From: Candidatus Eiseniibacteriota bacterium
GTDB lineage: Bacteria; Eisenbacteria; RBG-16-71-46
NCBI GenBank assembly: GCA_044223005.1
Contig: JBGAML010000012.1
Span: forward strand, 1 to 64,000
DNA length: 64,000 bases
Reading direction: 5' to 3'
In this document: positions 27,464 through 39,700 of the stretch, piece after piece
Layout of the letters: every line of letters starts with the position of its first letter
Position numbering within the stretch: the first letter of the stretch is position 1
Notes under the pieces: generated by a model
Told to the model about the DNA's origin: nothing
The model's database searches: none
Seen by the model: the letters and a program-made list of their open reading frames with translations, nothing else
Made by a program: the position numbers and the translations under genes

Positions 27464-28798
27464 ATGCCTCCGCCCCTGCCGGAGTCCGTCCGACCGCGAG
27501 TCCTCGTGTCGCTGCTCCTCCTCTCGGCGTCCTTCGCGAGCGGCGGGACGGCGGGCGCGGCGGGCGCCGCGGCACAGCGTCCGCCCGACGGGGCCACGCT
27601 CGGCCACGCTCTCGACGCCTACGTCGCCCCGCTGCTCGCGCGCGACGAACTCTCCGGCCAACTGCTCGTGGCGCGCCACGGCCGGGTCCTGTTCGAACGC
27701 AACTGGGGTTTTGCGGACTGGGAGCTGCGTGCTCCGGTCACGCCCGAGACACGGTTCTGCATCGCGTCCGTCACCAAGCCGATGACCGGCACGCTCGCGA
27801 TCCAGCTGATCACGGCGAGACGCCTCGGCGTTCGCGATTCGATCGCGCGCTGGCTGCCGAACTTCCCCCAGGGGGACCGCATCACGGTGGGCATGCTGCT
27901 CTCGCACCGTTCCGGGATCCCGCATGAACTGCTCCCGGACAGCGAGGCGACGCGGCGCCTCTCCACGGCGGAACTGTCGGAACTGGCATCGCACGCCCCG
28001 CTCGACTTCCCGCCCGGCAGCAGGAGCCAGTACAGCTCGGGCGGCTACTCCGTGCTCACCCGTGTGCTGGAACTGGCGAGCGGGCGCGAGTACGCGCAGC
28101 TGCTCGCGGACAGCATCTTCACGCCCCTCGGCATGACGCGAAGCAGCGATCACGATTCGCGCGAGCTGCTCCCGGGGCGTGCCCGCGGTGTGGTGCCGGG
28201 CCCGCGTGGCCTGCGGAACGCCCCGTTCGAGGACTTCTCGCACATCGAGGGCGCGGGCTCGGTGTGGTCGACCGCGCGCGACCTGCACCGATTCGTGCAG
28301 GCGGTCGTCACCAGGCGGCTCGGCATCGGACCGCAACTCTCCTACCTGCGCGGCGGCCACCTCTCGTTCAACGGCCTGGTCTCCGGGTTCAACGCGTACT
28401 GCGAATACGACAGCGCGAGCGGGCTCGAGATCATCTTCGCGGGCAACCTGAGCACGGGTGCCCCGGATCTCGTCAAGGGAGCGATCCCCGCGCTCGCGCG
28501 CGGCGAACGCGTCCCGCCGCCCACGTTCCCCGAGCTCGCCTCGTCCCCACCGGATTCCGCCACGTGCGCCGCATGGCGACCCACCTTCCAGCTCGAGAAG
28601 GGAACGAAGCTCGTGGTGCGCGCTCGCGACGGCGTGCTGTGGTCCAACGACTGGGTCATGCTGCCGATGGCCAATGGCGACTTCTTCTCGCCCCGCGACT
28701 ACGGCGTGCTCCACGGCGTGAAGGGCCCGGATGGACGCATCACGCGCATCGACTGGCTGCAGCGCGGCACGAGCTACCCGGCACCGCGCATCGAGTAG
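27464..28798 (+). CDS. Serine hydrolase, beta-lactamase class C-like family
   Basis: F.IASVTK, LLSHRSGI, YSSGGY; signal peptide. Confidence 0.88.
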   Translation: MPPPLPESVRPRVLVSLLLLSASFASGGTAGAAGAAAQRPPDGATLGHALDAYVAPLLARDELSGQLLVARHGRVLFERNWGFADWELRAPVTPETRFCIASVTKPMTGTLAIQLITARRLGVRDSIARWLPNFPQGDRITVGMLLSHRSGIPHELLPDSEATRRLSTAELSELASHAPLDFPPGSRSQYSSGGYSVLTRVLELASGREYAQLLADSIFTPLGMTRSSDHDSRELLPGRARGVVPGPRGLRNAPFEDFSHIEGAGSVWSTARDLHRFVQAVVTRRLGIGPQLSYLRGGHLSFNGLVSGFNAYCEYDSASGLEIIFAGNLSTGAPDLVKGAIPALARGERVPPPTFPELASSPPDSATCAAWRPTFQLEKGTKLVVRARDGVLWSNDWVMLPMANGDFFSPRDYGVLHGVKGPDGRITRIDWLQRGTSYPAPRIE

Positions 28799-28806
28799 GC
28801 CGCCGG

Positions 28807-29019
28807 CTACTTCTTCTTCGCCATGAACCAGGCGACGAGCGCGTTGGCGTGGCCGTGCCCCATCTCATGCTCGGACTTGAGCAGGCTCACGAGTTCCATG
28901 TGCTTCAGCGGGCCGGCCTTCGCGAGCACCTTCATCCAGTGCTCGATCGGCTTGCCGTAGTTCTTCTCGATCGACGGGAAGTACGACGCGGGACCTTTGA
29001 CCTTCTCGGGTGCGGCCAT
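28807..29019 (-). CDS. DUF4287 family protein
   Basis: GPASYFPSIEK.YG, HME.V..LK.EH.MGHGHANALVA. Confidence 0.88.
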   Translation of the reverse strand: MAAPEKVKGPASYFPSIEKNYGKPIEHWMKVLAKAGPLKHMELVSLLKSEHEMGHGHANALVAWFMAKKK

Positions 29020-29065
29020 GGTGCCTCCGGAGGATGGATGGTGGCGGGTGGACGGTGGCGAAGGA

Positions 29066-29761
29066 CTACGGGCGTGAGCGTCCCGGCCGGGCTCCGCGCC
29101 GGGTTGCAGGAGTCGCGGTGCCTCGCGCGGCGCGCGTGCCCGAGCGTCGCGGGGCCACCAGCTGCGCTTCGATCGTCGCGGCGAGCCAGCGTTCGTAGCG
29201 CGCCGGTGACCAGCGCGCGACGATCACGAGCCCGTGGTAGAGCTCGCGATGGGTGAGCGTCCAGAGGATCCGGCGGGCGTCCTCGACCGAGAGCCCCGCG
29301 GCGAGACGGCCCGCGGCCGCGAGTCCCCGCACGCGGTCGGCCTGCATGGCGAAGCGCAGTTCCTCGAACTCCGCTTCCACCGTGCGCAGCTCGGGCGCGA
29401 ACGCCGACGCACCCCGGACCAGCCCGAGGCTCGTGTCCTCGCCCTCGTACACCGCACGCGCGACTTCGGCGGTGCGAAGCACGAGCGCGACGGAGTCGGT
29501 CTCGCCCTCGAGCCGCGCGAGGGCTTCGCGGTAGCGCGGACCGAAGAGCGCGTCCTGCATCAGCGCGCGGAGCAGGCCACCCTTCGAGAGGAACACCGCG
29601 TAGACCGACGACACGCCGACGCCGGCCGCTTCGGCGACCTCGGCGATCGTGACGCGATCGATGCCGCGCTTCGCGAACAGCGTGCGTGCGGCGTCGATCA
29701 CGGCCTGGCGCGACGCCTCGGCGCGCGCGGCCCGGCGGGTCGAATCGTATGGACGGGTCAT
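29066..29761 (-). CDS. TetR/AcrR family regulator
   Basis: R.Y.S.RR N-terminus; TIAEVAEAAGV..SSVY..F.SK HTH. Confidence 0.9.
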   Translation of the reverse strand: MTRPYDSTRRAARAEASRQAVIDAARTLFAKRGIDRVTIAEVAEAAGVGVSSVYAVFLSKGGLLRALMQDALFGPRYREALARLEGETDSVALVLRTAEVARAVYEGEDTSLGLVRGASAFAPELRTVEAEFEELRFAMQADRVRGLAAAGRLAAGLSVEDARRILWTLTHRELYHGLVIVARWSPARYERWLAATIEAQLVAPRRSGTRAARGTATPATRRGARPGRSRP

Positions 29762-29827
29762 TTCGCTGGAGTTTACTACATCGAAATGGAGTCGCCTACG
29801 TCGAAGTTCGCCCGCGCGCTCCCGCTC

Positions 29828-30547
29828 CTACTCCCCGAACCGCGCCCGTGCCGCGGCGAGGCGTTCGGGGTTGCCGATCTCCCACCACGCGCCGTCGGGT
29901 ACGAGCCACGGGCGGATCGCGTGGCCGGCGGCGGCGAGCCGCAGCCAGACCTCGACGATCGGGAACACGCCGCGCTCGGTGATGAGGCCCGGCATCGCGG
30001 CGGTGCAGGCGTGGATGCCGGCGAACGCATAGCGCCGCACGTCGCCGCGCGGGGCGCGCGCCTCCTGGCGCAGGTCCTTGCGCAGGTCCTCACGGCCGAA
30101 GAGCCCGAGGTCGTCGAACAGAAGGTGGCGCTGCGTCTCGCGTGCCTGCACGGCGAGCGTGGCGAGCGCGCCGCTCGCGGCATGCGCCGCGACGAGTTCG
30201 CCCAGGTCCGCCTCGCAGATGACGTCGACGTTGTGCAGCAGGATCGGCTCCCCGGGCGCGAAGCGATCGCGCGCGTGCAGCAGGCCGCCGCCGGTCTCGA
30301 ACGGTTCGCCCTCCTCGCGACTCACGCGCATCTCGGCGCCGAGCGCGTGCGTGGCGAGGAAACGCTCGATCGCCTCGGCGTGGTGGTGCACGTTGACGAC
30401 GATCGGGTCGGCGCCCGCGGCCACCAGCGTGCGTGCCGTGCGCTCGAGCATGGTCATGCCGCCGACCTCGACGAGCGCCTTCGGGGTCGTCTCGCCCAGC
30501 GCACCGAGCCGCGTCCCGCGGCCGGCGGCGAGGATCATGCCGTTCAC
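29828..30547 (-). CDS. Sugar-phosphate nucleotidyltransferase (MurU-like)
   Basis: MILAAGRGTRL, PKALVEV, ETGGGL, NVD. Confidence 0.88.
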   Translation of the reverse strand: MNGMILAAGRGTRLGALGETTPKALVEVGGMTMLERTARTLVAAGADPIVVNVHHHAEAIERFLATHALGAEMRVSREEGEPFETGGGLLHARDRFAPGEPILLHNVDVICEADLGELVAAHAASGALATLAVQARETQRHLLFDDLGLFGREDLRKDLRQEARAPRGDVRRYAFAGIHACTAAMPGLITERGVFPIVEVWLRLAAAGHAIRPWLVPDGAWWEIGNPERLAAARARFGE

Positions 30548-32013
30548 GCGCGCGAGCCCTGCGTGGCCTCGTCGCCGGCACGCTTCCAGCGCGATTCAGC
30601 GGTGTGCTCGAGACTCGCGGTCACGTCGGGCCAGCGCTCGCGGAGGTGGCGCACGAGCCGCTCGGCGAAGTAGACCGAGCGGTGCTGGCCGCCGGTGCAG
30701 CCGAACGACACCGAGAGATCGGTGAAGTTGCGCTCGCGGAAGTTCTGCACGTGCGCGTCCACCAGCGCCGCCACGTTCCGCCAGAACTGTTCGGTCTCGG
30801 GCAGCGCTTCCAGGTAGTGGACGATCTCGGCGTCGCGCCCGGTCAGGACCGACAGGTCGGCGCGCCGTCCGGGGTTCGAGAGCGAGCGGCAGTCGAACAC
30901 GAACCCGCCGCCATTCGCCGCGTCCTCGTGCGGATAGCCGTCGCGATAGCTGAAACTGCGCACGCGCACGTGCAGCCCGCGCGGCGGCGTCACCGGGCTC
31001 GGGCGGTCGGCCCACGTCTCGACGATGCGGCGGAACACGCCCTCCAGTTCGGGCAGCGCCACCGGCAGCCCAGCGTCCAGCAGGCGCGCCACGTTGCGCG
31101 CCGCATACGGCACGCTCTCCAGGAAGCGCGGCTTGCGCTCGAAGAAGCCGCGGTACCCGTAGGCGCCCATGGCCTGCATGATCCTCACGAGCACGTAGCC
31201 CGGGTAGTGCGCGAGGAAGCGCGCGCGATCGCCGCCCGTCTCGCGCTCGAACGCGCCGAGGTAACGCTGCAGCAGGTGCGCGCGCACGTCCTCCGGCAGG
31301 TCCGCCTTGGCGTCGTAGAGGAGCGAGGCGACGTCGTACTGGGCCGCGCCACGGCGGCCGCCCTGGTAATCGAGGAACCCGAGCGCCTCGCCGCGCACCA
31401 TGATGTTGCGCGACTGGAAGTCGCGATACAGGAAGAAGCCCGTGTCGGCGGCGAGCAGGTGCTCGACCAGGTGCTCGAAGTCGTTCTCGAGCCGCTGTTC
31501 GCTGAACGGCACGTGCGCGAGCTTCAGGAAGTGGTACTTGAAGTAGTTGAGGTCCCAGCGCATCGACTGCGCGTCGAACGCCGCCCGTGGATACGCGAGC
31601 GAGAAGTCGACCACGCGCGCGCCCTGCGCCTGGAAGCGCGGCAGCGTGTCCATGACGCGCTCGTAGACGCCGAGCATCGACGCGGGGAACGCTCCCCCGG
31701 CGGCGGTGCGCGCGGCCGAGAGCGCCGCGAAGAGCGTCGTGTCGCCGAAGTCCTCCTCGAGCCAGATGCCGTGGGCTTCGTCGGCGGCGATGATCCGCGG
31801 CACCGGCAGCCCGGCGCCGTGCAGCGCGCGCGAGAACGCGAGGAACGCGCGGTTTTCCTCGGCCTCGGGCCCCCAAGCGCCGACGATCGGCGCGGCGCCG
31901 GAGCGCTCGAGGCGGAAGTAGCGGCGCTGCGACCCGTCCGCGGCGATGCGGGTGACCGATTCGGGCGGGACGCCCTGCGACTGCGTATAGAGTGCGACGA
32001 TCGCTTCACGCAT
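30544..32013 (-). CDS. APH-fold phosphotransferase (AmgK-like) fused to a RapZ C-terminal domain
   Basis: GS.RRYFR, EDFG, RDFQSRNIM, DYQG; C-terminal SFSY, GGGFVFDCR.L.NPGR, GCTGGQHRSV. Confidence 0.88.
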   Translation of the reverse strand: MREAIVALYTQSQGVPPESVTRIAADGSQRRYFRLERSGAAPIVGAWGPEAEENRAFLAFSRALHGAGLPVPRIIAADEAHGIWLEEDFGDTTLFAALSAARTAAGGAFPASMLGVYERVMDTLPRFQAQGARVVDFSLAYPRAAFDAQSMRWDLNYFKYHFLKLAHVPFSEQRLENDFEHLVEHLLAADTGFFLYRDFQSRNIMVRGEALGFLDYQGGRRGAAQYDVASLLYDAKADLPEDVRAHLLQRYLGAFERETGGDRARFLAHYPGYVLVRIMQAMGAYGYRGFFERKPRFLESVPYAARNVARLLDAGLPVALPELEGVFRRIVETWADRPSPVTPPRGLHVRVRSFSYRDGYPHEDAANGGGFVFDCRSLSNPGRRADLSVLTGRDAEIVHYLEALPETEQFWRNVAALVDAHVQNFRERNFTDLSVSFGCTGGQHRSVYFAERLVRHLRERWPDVTASLEHTAESRWKRAGDEATQGSRA

Positions 32014-32344
32014 GCGGCGCAGCATACCCGACGGCGCGGCATCGCGCGGGCGAGCACGGCCCGGACGCGCGCGCCGCGCGGGGCTCGCCGAGCGGCCACC
32101 CGGCACCAGCCCGGGACGCCCGTGCGGGTACGACCGCGAGGACGCGTTTCGCGTCAGGACGCGACCGGCATTCGCAAAATCCCGCCGGCCTCGCGTATCC
32201 GCGCTTGACCCTCCCGCGCCGGATGCGACCATGGAAGAGCTTCCAGCGGGCGAAGGACGGGCCGAGACCGGCCGCCAGGCCGCCCCGTCTCGTGTCGATC
32301 ACGACGAGCCACCGCCACCGCCCACGCCTCGGGAGGAGGTCGTC

Positions 32345-33178
32345 ATGCCTCGGGTCCAGGCGAGGTTCTCCATCTTCTGGTTCAGCGTGCAGGCGCTGGG
32401 CCAATACGCGCTGCTGCTGCTCGCGTTCCGCTTCCTGCTTCCGGGCACGTGGTCGCGCCAGTTCGCGGCCGGCTGGGTCGCGCTGCTGCTCTCGTTCCTC
32501 GCCGTGCACCTCTTCGTCTGCTTCTTCGAATGGGGCTTCCACCGCTACGTCCTGCACTCGGCGGCGCTGCCGTTGCTGAGCCGGTTCGCGCGCGGACACC
32601 GCAGTCATCACGGCCTGACGCCGATCCGCCTGCAGGCGGTCCCGGCGAGCGCCGACCGGTACGTGCTCAACCGCTACCCGATCGTCGAGGACGAGCAGAA
32701 CGTGGACTCGGCGTTCCCGATCTACGCGATCGTCGCGTTCTGGGCGCTGTTCACGCCGCTGCTCGTCGGCGTCCAGTTCCTGCTGCCCCGCGTTCCGGTG
32801 CTGATGGGCGGGTACGCGGCGATCACGTGGTCGATGTGCCTGTACGAGATCCTGCACGCGATCGAGCATCGGCCGTACGAATGGTGGAAGCACGCCACGG
32901 AGCACCCGCGCCTCGGCGGCGTCTGGCGGCGGATCTACGGCTTCCACCACATGCATCACGCCAACATCTCGTGCAACGAGGCGATCTCGGGCTTCTTCTC
33001 GCTCCCGGTCGCCGACTGGGCGTTCGGCACGTACCACCAGCCGAAGGACCTTTTGCTCGAAGGTCACGTGGCCACGGCGAGAGACTTCACCGTTCCGCCG
33101 CCGCCGCGCTGGGTGCGCGCGCTGGACGCGTGGGCGCGCAAGCGCGATTCGGCGAGGCGTCGACAGACGAAGCACTGA
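32345..33178 (+). CDS. His-box membrane protein (fatty acid hydroxylase/sterol desaturase-like)
   Basis: EW.FHRY.LH, H..HH, YE.LH..EH, HH.HH; GGAGGAGGT RBS. Confidence 0.8.
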   Translation: MPRVQARFSIFWFSVQALGQYALLLLAFRFLLPGTWSRQFAAGWVALLLSFLAVHLFVCFFEWGFHRYVLHSAALPLLSRFARGHRSHHGLTPIRLQAVPASADRYVLNRYPIVEDEQNVDSAFPIYAIVAFWALFTPLLVGVQFLLPRVPVLMGGYAAITWSMCLYEILHAIEHRPYEWWKHATEHPRLGGVWRRIYGFHHMHHANISCNEAISGFFSLPVADWAFGTYHQPKDLLLEGHVATARDFTVPPPPRWVRALDAWARKRDSARRRQTKH

Positions 33179-33226
33179 ACCGCCCGACCGGCGTTCGAGG
33201 CCGTCTCGCCGGGCGGCGCCGAACGC

Positions 33227-33436
33227 TCACGCGATGGCGGTGCGCGACACGGCGACGACGCTGGATTCGCGCGAGCCCACCTCGACCTCGAAGAGGTGCT
33301 CGAGGTGGCACGTGTGGCAGCGCGCGGTCAGGTGGAAGCTGCCGAGCCACGGCACGGGGGCGTCGTAGTCGGTGAACGGGCGGCCGCAGCGCGGGCACTC
33401 GACGCTCGCGATGCCATGGATTCCCGGGGTGCGCAT
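33227..33436 (-). CDS. Small putative zinc-finger protein (69 aa)
   Basis: GGAG RBS, ATG 33436; CPRC and CHTC; hidden at the end of the 3179-aa shadow ORF. Confidence 0.5.
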   Translation of the reverse strand: MRTPGIHGIASVECPRCGRPFTDYDAPVPWLGSFHLTARCHTCHLEHLFEVEVGSRESSVVAVSRTAIA

Positions 33437-33700
33437 GAGGGCGACTCCGCTTTCGGCGTACGGGTGTGCGGCGCGCGGCAGGACGTGGGCGCCGATCGGG
33501 GGGAACGGGGCGGAGTACGTCGCCTCGACTCGAGGCGCGGCTCGCATCCCCTTCGGCGCCGGCGGAGCGTGGGACGAATGCTCCCGACGCCTCCTTGGAT
33601 GCGCGGCCAAATCGGCCGGTCCGCTCCGCGCGCGCGTTCGCGCCGCGAGCGGCACGCGAATACGCCGTGAAACGCCACATCGCGAGTTGTCAGGTCGGAA

Positions 33701-36700
33701 TTGACTGGTCACGCGCCCCGCCATGATCGATGTTGGGCGTGTCTGGAATTGGCGGATCGAGATGAGTCGCCGACACGAAGTGCCGCCCGAGGCATCTCGG
33801 GCGGCTTTTTCTTCCCCCACCGCGCCCGCCCATCGCGCCGGACGGCGCGAGTCCCGACCGCCAGGATCGAATCGCCGAATCGATGTCGGTCGCGGAATCC
33901 CCGCGGCCCATTCCGGAAAGCCGGTGCTCCGTTGCGCCCCGCCCCTCGACCGCCGCCCCTCGTCGTCTCCGGACCGCCGGGCGGAGCACCGCCCGCGGCC
34001 GGGCTGGACGCGAGCCCACTCCACGGCGAGTTGCTCGGCGTCGAACGGCTCGAGGAACGCGCGCGCGCGCTCGCCGCCGAGTTCACGGTGAGCCGCGATC
34101 CGCGCCGTGTCCCGCCCCGGCTGCTCCGGCGGCTGGCCGATGACGCGCGCGTGCTGCGCATGGCGTACCGCACGCTCTCGGGGGACGTGCGCCGCGGCGA
34201 GCCGTGCACGCCCGCGGCCGAGTGGCTGCTCGACAACTTCCACCTGATCGAAGGCGAACTGCGCGAGATCCGCAGTCACGTTCCCTCGCGCTACTACCGC
34301 GAGCTGCCCAAGCTGGTCTCGCGCTCGCGTGCGGGCACCGCGCGCGTGTACGCGATGGCGGTCGAGCTGCTGCGCTACAGCGACGCGCGGCTCGACGCGC
34401 AGCGGCTCGACCGCTTCATGAACGCGTTCCAGTCCGTCGCACCGCTCGGGATCGGCGAACTGTGGGCGTGGCCGAGCATGCTCAAGCTCGCGCTGATCGA
34501 CCACCTGCGGCGCCTCTCGGAGGAACTGCTCGAGAGCCGCGCCGGCCGCCGCGACGCCGACCGCTACTTCGAGCTGTTCGAGAGCACGCGGCCCAACGGC
34601 CGTCCGCCCCCGGTCCCCGCCGTCCTGCCCGTGGCGTTCGTGGACCGGCTGCTGCTGCGCATGCGCGAATACGGCGCCGGCGCGTCGGAGCTGCGCAAGC
34701 AGCTCGAGGCGCGGCTCGAGGGCGTCGGGGCCACGGTCGAGGACGCCGTGCGCGCCGAGCACCAGCGGCGGGCGATGAACCACGTCTCCATGGGCAACTC
34801 GATCACGAGCCTGCGGCTCTGCGCCACGCTCGACTGGAACGAGTACGTGGAGAACGCGAGCCTCGTCGAACAGGTGCTGCGACGGGATCCGGCGGGCATC
34901 TACGCGCGCATGGATTTCGCGAGTCGCGACCGCTACCGGCACGCCGTCGAGGCGATGGCGGAGCCGACCGGCGAAGCGCAGGTGCGCGTCGCCCTGCGCG
35001 CGGTCGAGAGTGCGCGCCAGGCCGCCGAGGCGCCGGGCGCCGACCCGCGCCGCACGCACGTGGGCTACCACCTGATCGGCGGCGGCCGCCGGGAGTTCGA
35101 GATCGACGTCGCCAGCCGCCGGCCGCCGCGGGTCCGCTTCCAGCGGGCCCTGCACGCGCACGCGACACTCTTCTACCTGGGCTCGATCGCGCTCCTCACG
35201 GCGATCGGCACGGCCGCGGCCGTGGCCGTGGTGCGCGCCGCCGCGGCCCCGCGCTGGATGGGGATCGCGGCCGCGGCGATCGCGCTGATCCCGGCGAGCG
35301 AGTTCGCCGTCTCGCTCGTGAACCGCATCGTGCACCGGATCACGGCGCCGGTGCCGCTGCCGCGGCTCGACCTGCGTGGCGGCGTGCCCGACGAGGCGCG
35401 CACGATGGTGATCGTGCCGACGCTGATCGCGTCGGTCGACGGCGTGCGCACGCTGCTCGAGCACCTGGAGGTGCACGCGCTGGGAAACCGCGACGCGAAC
35501 GTGCACTTCGCGCTGTTGACCGATTTCCCCGACGCGCTGCAGGAACACCGTCCGGGCGAGGACCTCGTCCTGGCGGCCGCGGTCGCGGGCATCGAGGCGC
35601 TCAACGCCCGCTACGCGCCGGGCACGAACGATCGCTTCCACCTCTTCCATCGCGCGCGCCAGTGGAACGGCAGCGAGGGCGTCTGGATGGGATGGGAGCG
35701 CAAGCGCGGCAAGATCGAGGAGTTCAACCGGCTGCTGCGCGGCGCGACCGACACCGGCTTCGTGGTGCGCGTCGGCGACCCCTCCATCCTGCCCGGCGTG
35801 CGCTACTGCCTCACGCTCGACAGTGACACGCGCCTGCCGCGCGACGCCGCCCGGCGCCTGATCGGCGTGATCGAGCACCCGCTCAATCGCCCGCGGTTCG
35901 ATCCGCGGCTCGGCCGCGTGGTCGAGGGCTACGGCATCCTGCAGCCGCGCGTCAGCGTGACCATGGCGAGCGCGGCGGGCTCGCTGTTCGCGCGCGCCTA
36001 CTCGGGGCACACGGGCATCGACCCGTACTCGACGACCGTGTCCGACACGTACCAGGACCTTTTCGGCGAAGGCAGCTTCAGCGGCAAGGGCCTCTACGAC
36101 GTGGACGCGTTCCAGGCCTCGCTCGAGGACCGCGTCCCCGAGAACGCGCTGCTGTCCCACGACCTCTTCGAGGGACTCTACGCGCGCTGCGCGCTCGTCT
36201 CCGACGTGGAGGTCGTGGACGACTTCCCGTCGAGCGTGCTCGCGCACGCGCGCCGCCAGCACCGCTGGGTGCGGGGCGACTGGCAGGTCCTCTTCTGCCT
36301 CCTGCCCGTGATGCCCACGCGGCACGGCCTCGAGCGCACGCGCCTGCCGCTCATCAGCCGCTGGAAGGTGCTCGACAACCTGCGCCGCAGCCTGCTCGCG
36401 CCCGCGATGCTCGCGCTGCTCGTCGCCGCGTGGACCTGGCTCCCCGGCTCGCCACTCGGCTGGACGCTGGCCGCGCTCGCGGTGTTCGGCTTCCCGCTGC
36501 TGCCGGCGCTCGTGCACCTCGCGGGCGGCCCGGGCCCGCAGCAGCCGCTGGCGGTCTTCCTGCACGACGTGCAGGAAGAGCTGCAGTCCGCCGCCGCGCA
36601 GGTGCTGCTGCAGGTCACGCTGCTCGCCTACCACGCCTACGAGATGGTGCACGCGATCGCGCTGACGCTGATCCGCACCGTGATCACGCAGCGCCGGCTG

Positions 36701-39700
36701 CTCGAGTGGGAGACCGCGGCGGCGGGCGCCGCCCGTGCCGCCGGGCTGCTGGCCCGCCACGGCTCGCGCGTCTTCGCCGTGGAGATGTGGGCCGGACCGG
36801 CCGCGGCGCTCGTCGTGCTGGCCGGCATGCTGCCCGCGGGCCGAAACGCGCTTCCCGTGGCGCTGCCCTTCCTGCTCGCCTGGCTCGTCTCGCCGCTCGT
36901 CGCGTGGTGGCTCAGCCGGCCGGTCGTCCCGCGCCGGCTCGTCCCGGGAGCCGCGGACGTGCAGCAGCTGCGCCGCATCGCGCGCCGCACGTGGCACTAC
37001 TTCGAGTGCTTCGCGTCGGAGGACGAGCACGGCCTGCCCCCGGACAACGTGCAGGAGGACGGCGAGCCGCGGATCGCGCACCGCACCTCGCCGACCAACA
37101 TCGGCATGGGCCTGCTTTCCACGCTGGCGGCGCACGATCTCGGCTACCTGGACAGCGCCGCGCTCGCCACGCGGGTGGAGCGCACGCTGGGCACGGTCGA
37201 GCGGCTCGAGCGGCACGCGGGGCACCTGCTCAACTGGTACGACAGCCGCACGCTCGCGCCGCTCTCCCCGCGCTACGTCTCGACGGTGGACAGTGGCAAC
37301 CTGGCCGGCGCCCTGATGGCGCTCGCCGCCGGCCTGCGCGAGAAGGCGACGGCGGTCGAGGACGGCGTCGCGCTCTGCGCGGGCGCGATCGACACCGCGG
37401 CGGTGCTGGGTGACGTGGTGTCGGCGCTCGCGCGCGGCGGGCACGTGAACAGCACGCGGCGCCGGTTCGCCGCGGCCGCGAAGCGCGACCTCGACGCCCT
37501 GCGCGCGCGCCTCGCCGAGGACGCCCCGGTGCGCTACCGGCTCGAGATCGCGCGGCAGGATGCGATCGCCCTGCGGCCCGGCCTCGCGGCCGCGATGGCG
37601 TCGGCGTCGGAGTCCGACGCGGATGCGGTCGACGAGTGGGCGCGACGGCTCGACGCCGCGCTCGCCGGCACGCCGGATTCCGTGGCGCCCTCGGACGAAC
37701 TCCGCGACCACCTGCTCGACCTCGCGCGCCGCTGCGACACACTCGCCGACGGCATGGAGTGGAAGTTCCTCTACGACGTCTCGCGCGGCCTCTTCTCGAT
37801 CGGCTGGCGGCCGCCCGACGCCGAGGGCCCGGGGCGGGTCGACACGTCGTACTACGACCTGCTCGCCTCCGAGGCGCGGCTCGCGAGCTTCATCGCGATC
37901 GCGCGCGACGAAGTGCCGCAGGAGCACTGGTTCCGGCTCTCGCGCGCGCTCGTGCGGGTCGAGGGCTGCACCACGCTGGTCTCGTGGAGCGGCTCGATGT
38001 TCGAGTACCTGATGCCGCTGCTGCTGCTGCGCAGCCATCCGGAGACGCTGCTCGAAAACGCCTGCCGCGCGCTCGTGCGCGCGCAGGTCCGCTACGGCCG
38101 CCGGCACGGCGTGCCATGGGGCATCTCGGAATCCGCGTACGACGTGCAGGACGTGCACGGCACCTACCAGTACCGCGCGTTCGGGCTCCCGGGTGCGGGA
38201 CTCAAGCGCGGGCTCGCCGAGGATCTCGTGATCGCGCCGTACGCCACCGCGCTCGCCGCGGTGGTGGACCCGGTCGCGGCGGCGGCCAACTTCCGCCGCA
38301 TCGCGCGCGAGCACGCGATCGGCCCGCACGGGTTCCTCGAGGCGCTCGACTACACGCCGCGTCGCACCGCCGGCCCCGACGGTGGAACGGTGCCGGATCC
38401 GCGGCGGCTGCATCCGGTGCGGGCCTGCTTCGCGCACCACCAGGGCATGAGCCTGCTCGCGCTCGCGAGCGCCGTGCTCGGCGCCCCGATGGTGCGGCGG
38501 TTCCATTCCGATCCCCGCGTGCAGGCGACCGAGCCGCTCCTGCAGGAGCGCGTGCCGCACCACGTGCCCGTCGTGCGCGCGCGCCCGCCCGAGACCACGC
38601 GGGCCGAGCCGGTGACCGACGAGGTCACGCCGCGGCGGTACCGCTCGCCCCACACCCGCTATCCCGCCACGCACTTCCTCTCGAACGGGCGCTACACGGC
38701 CGCGGTCACCCACGCGGGCGGCGGCGCCAGCACGTGGCGCGGCCTCGCGGTCACGCGGCAGCGCGAGGACGCCACGACGGATCCGGGCAGCCAGTTCGTG
38801 TACCTGCGCGACGTGCGCAGCGGTCTCGTGTGGTCCGCGGCGCACCATCCGGTCGGCCGCGAGGCCGAGCGCTACCGCGTGGTGTTCGAAGCCGACCAGG
38901 CGCTGTTCGAACGCACCGATGACGGCATCGAGACGCGGATGGAGATCGTCGTCTCGCCCGAGGACGACGTCGAGATCCGCCGCGTCACCCTGGTCAATCG
39001 CGGCGACCGGCTGCGCGAGATCGAGGTCACGAGCTTCGTCGAGATCGTACTCGCGCCGCCCGCCGACGACCTGGCCCACCCGGCGTTCCACAAGCTCTTC
39101 CTCGAGACCGAGTACCTGCCCGAATGCACGGCGCTGCTCTGCGGCCGCCGCCCGCGTTCGTCCGACGACGTGACGCCGTGGGCCGTGCACGTGATCAGCA
39201 CCGAGGACGGCGCGCACGGTGCGATCGAGTGGGAAACGGACCGGGCGCGCTTCGTGGGCCGCGGCCGCACGGCGGAGGATCCGCAGTCGCTCGACGGCCG
39301 CGCGCTCTCCGGGACCCACGGGGCCGTGCTCGATCCCATCCTGAGCCTGCGCCGCCGCGTGCGCATCGCCCCGGGCGAGCGCGCACGGCTGGCGTTCGCG
39401 ACCGGGGCCGCCGGCTCGCGCGAGGCCGCGCTCGCGCTCGCCGAGAAATACGACGACTCCTCGGCCGCCGCGCGCACGTTCGCGCTCGCGAGCAGCCAGA
39501 CCAGCATGCGGCTGCGCCACCTCGGCATCTCGTCGGCCGAGGCGCAGCTCCACGAGCGGCTCGCCTCGCACGTCCTGGGAACCGACGGCGCCCTGCGCGC
39601 GGACGCCTCGGTCCTCGCCGCCAACACGCTCGGCCAGCCGGGGCTCTGGGCGCTCGGCGTTTCGGGCGACCTGCCGATCCTGGTCGTGCGCACCGTCAAG

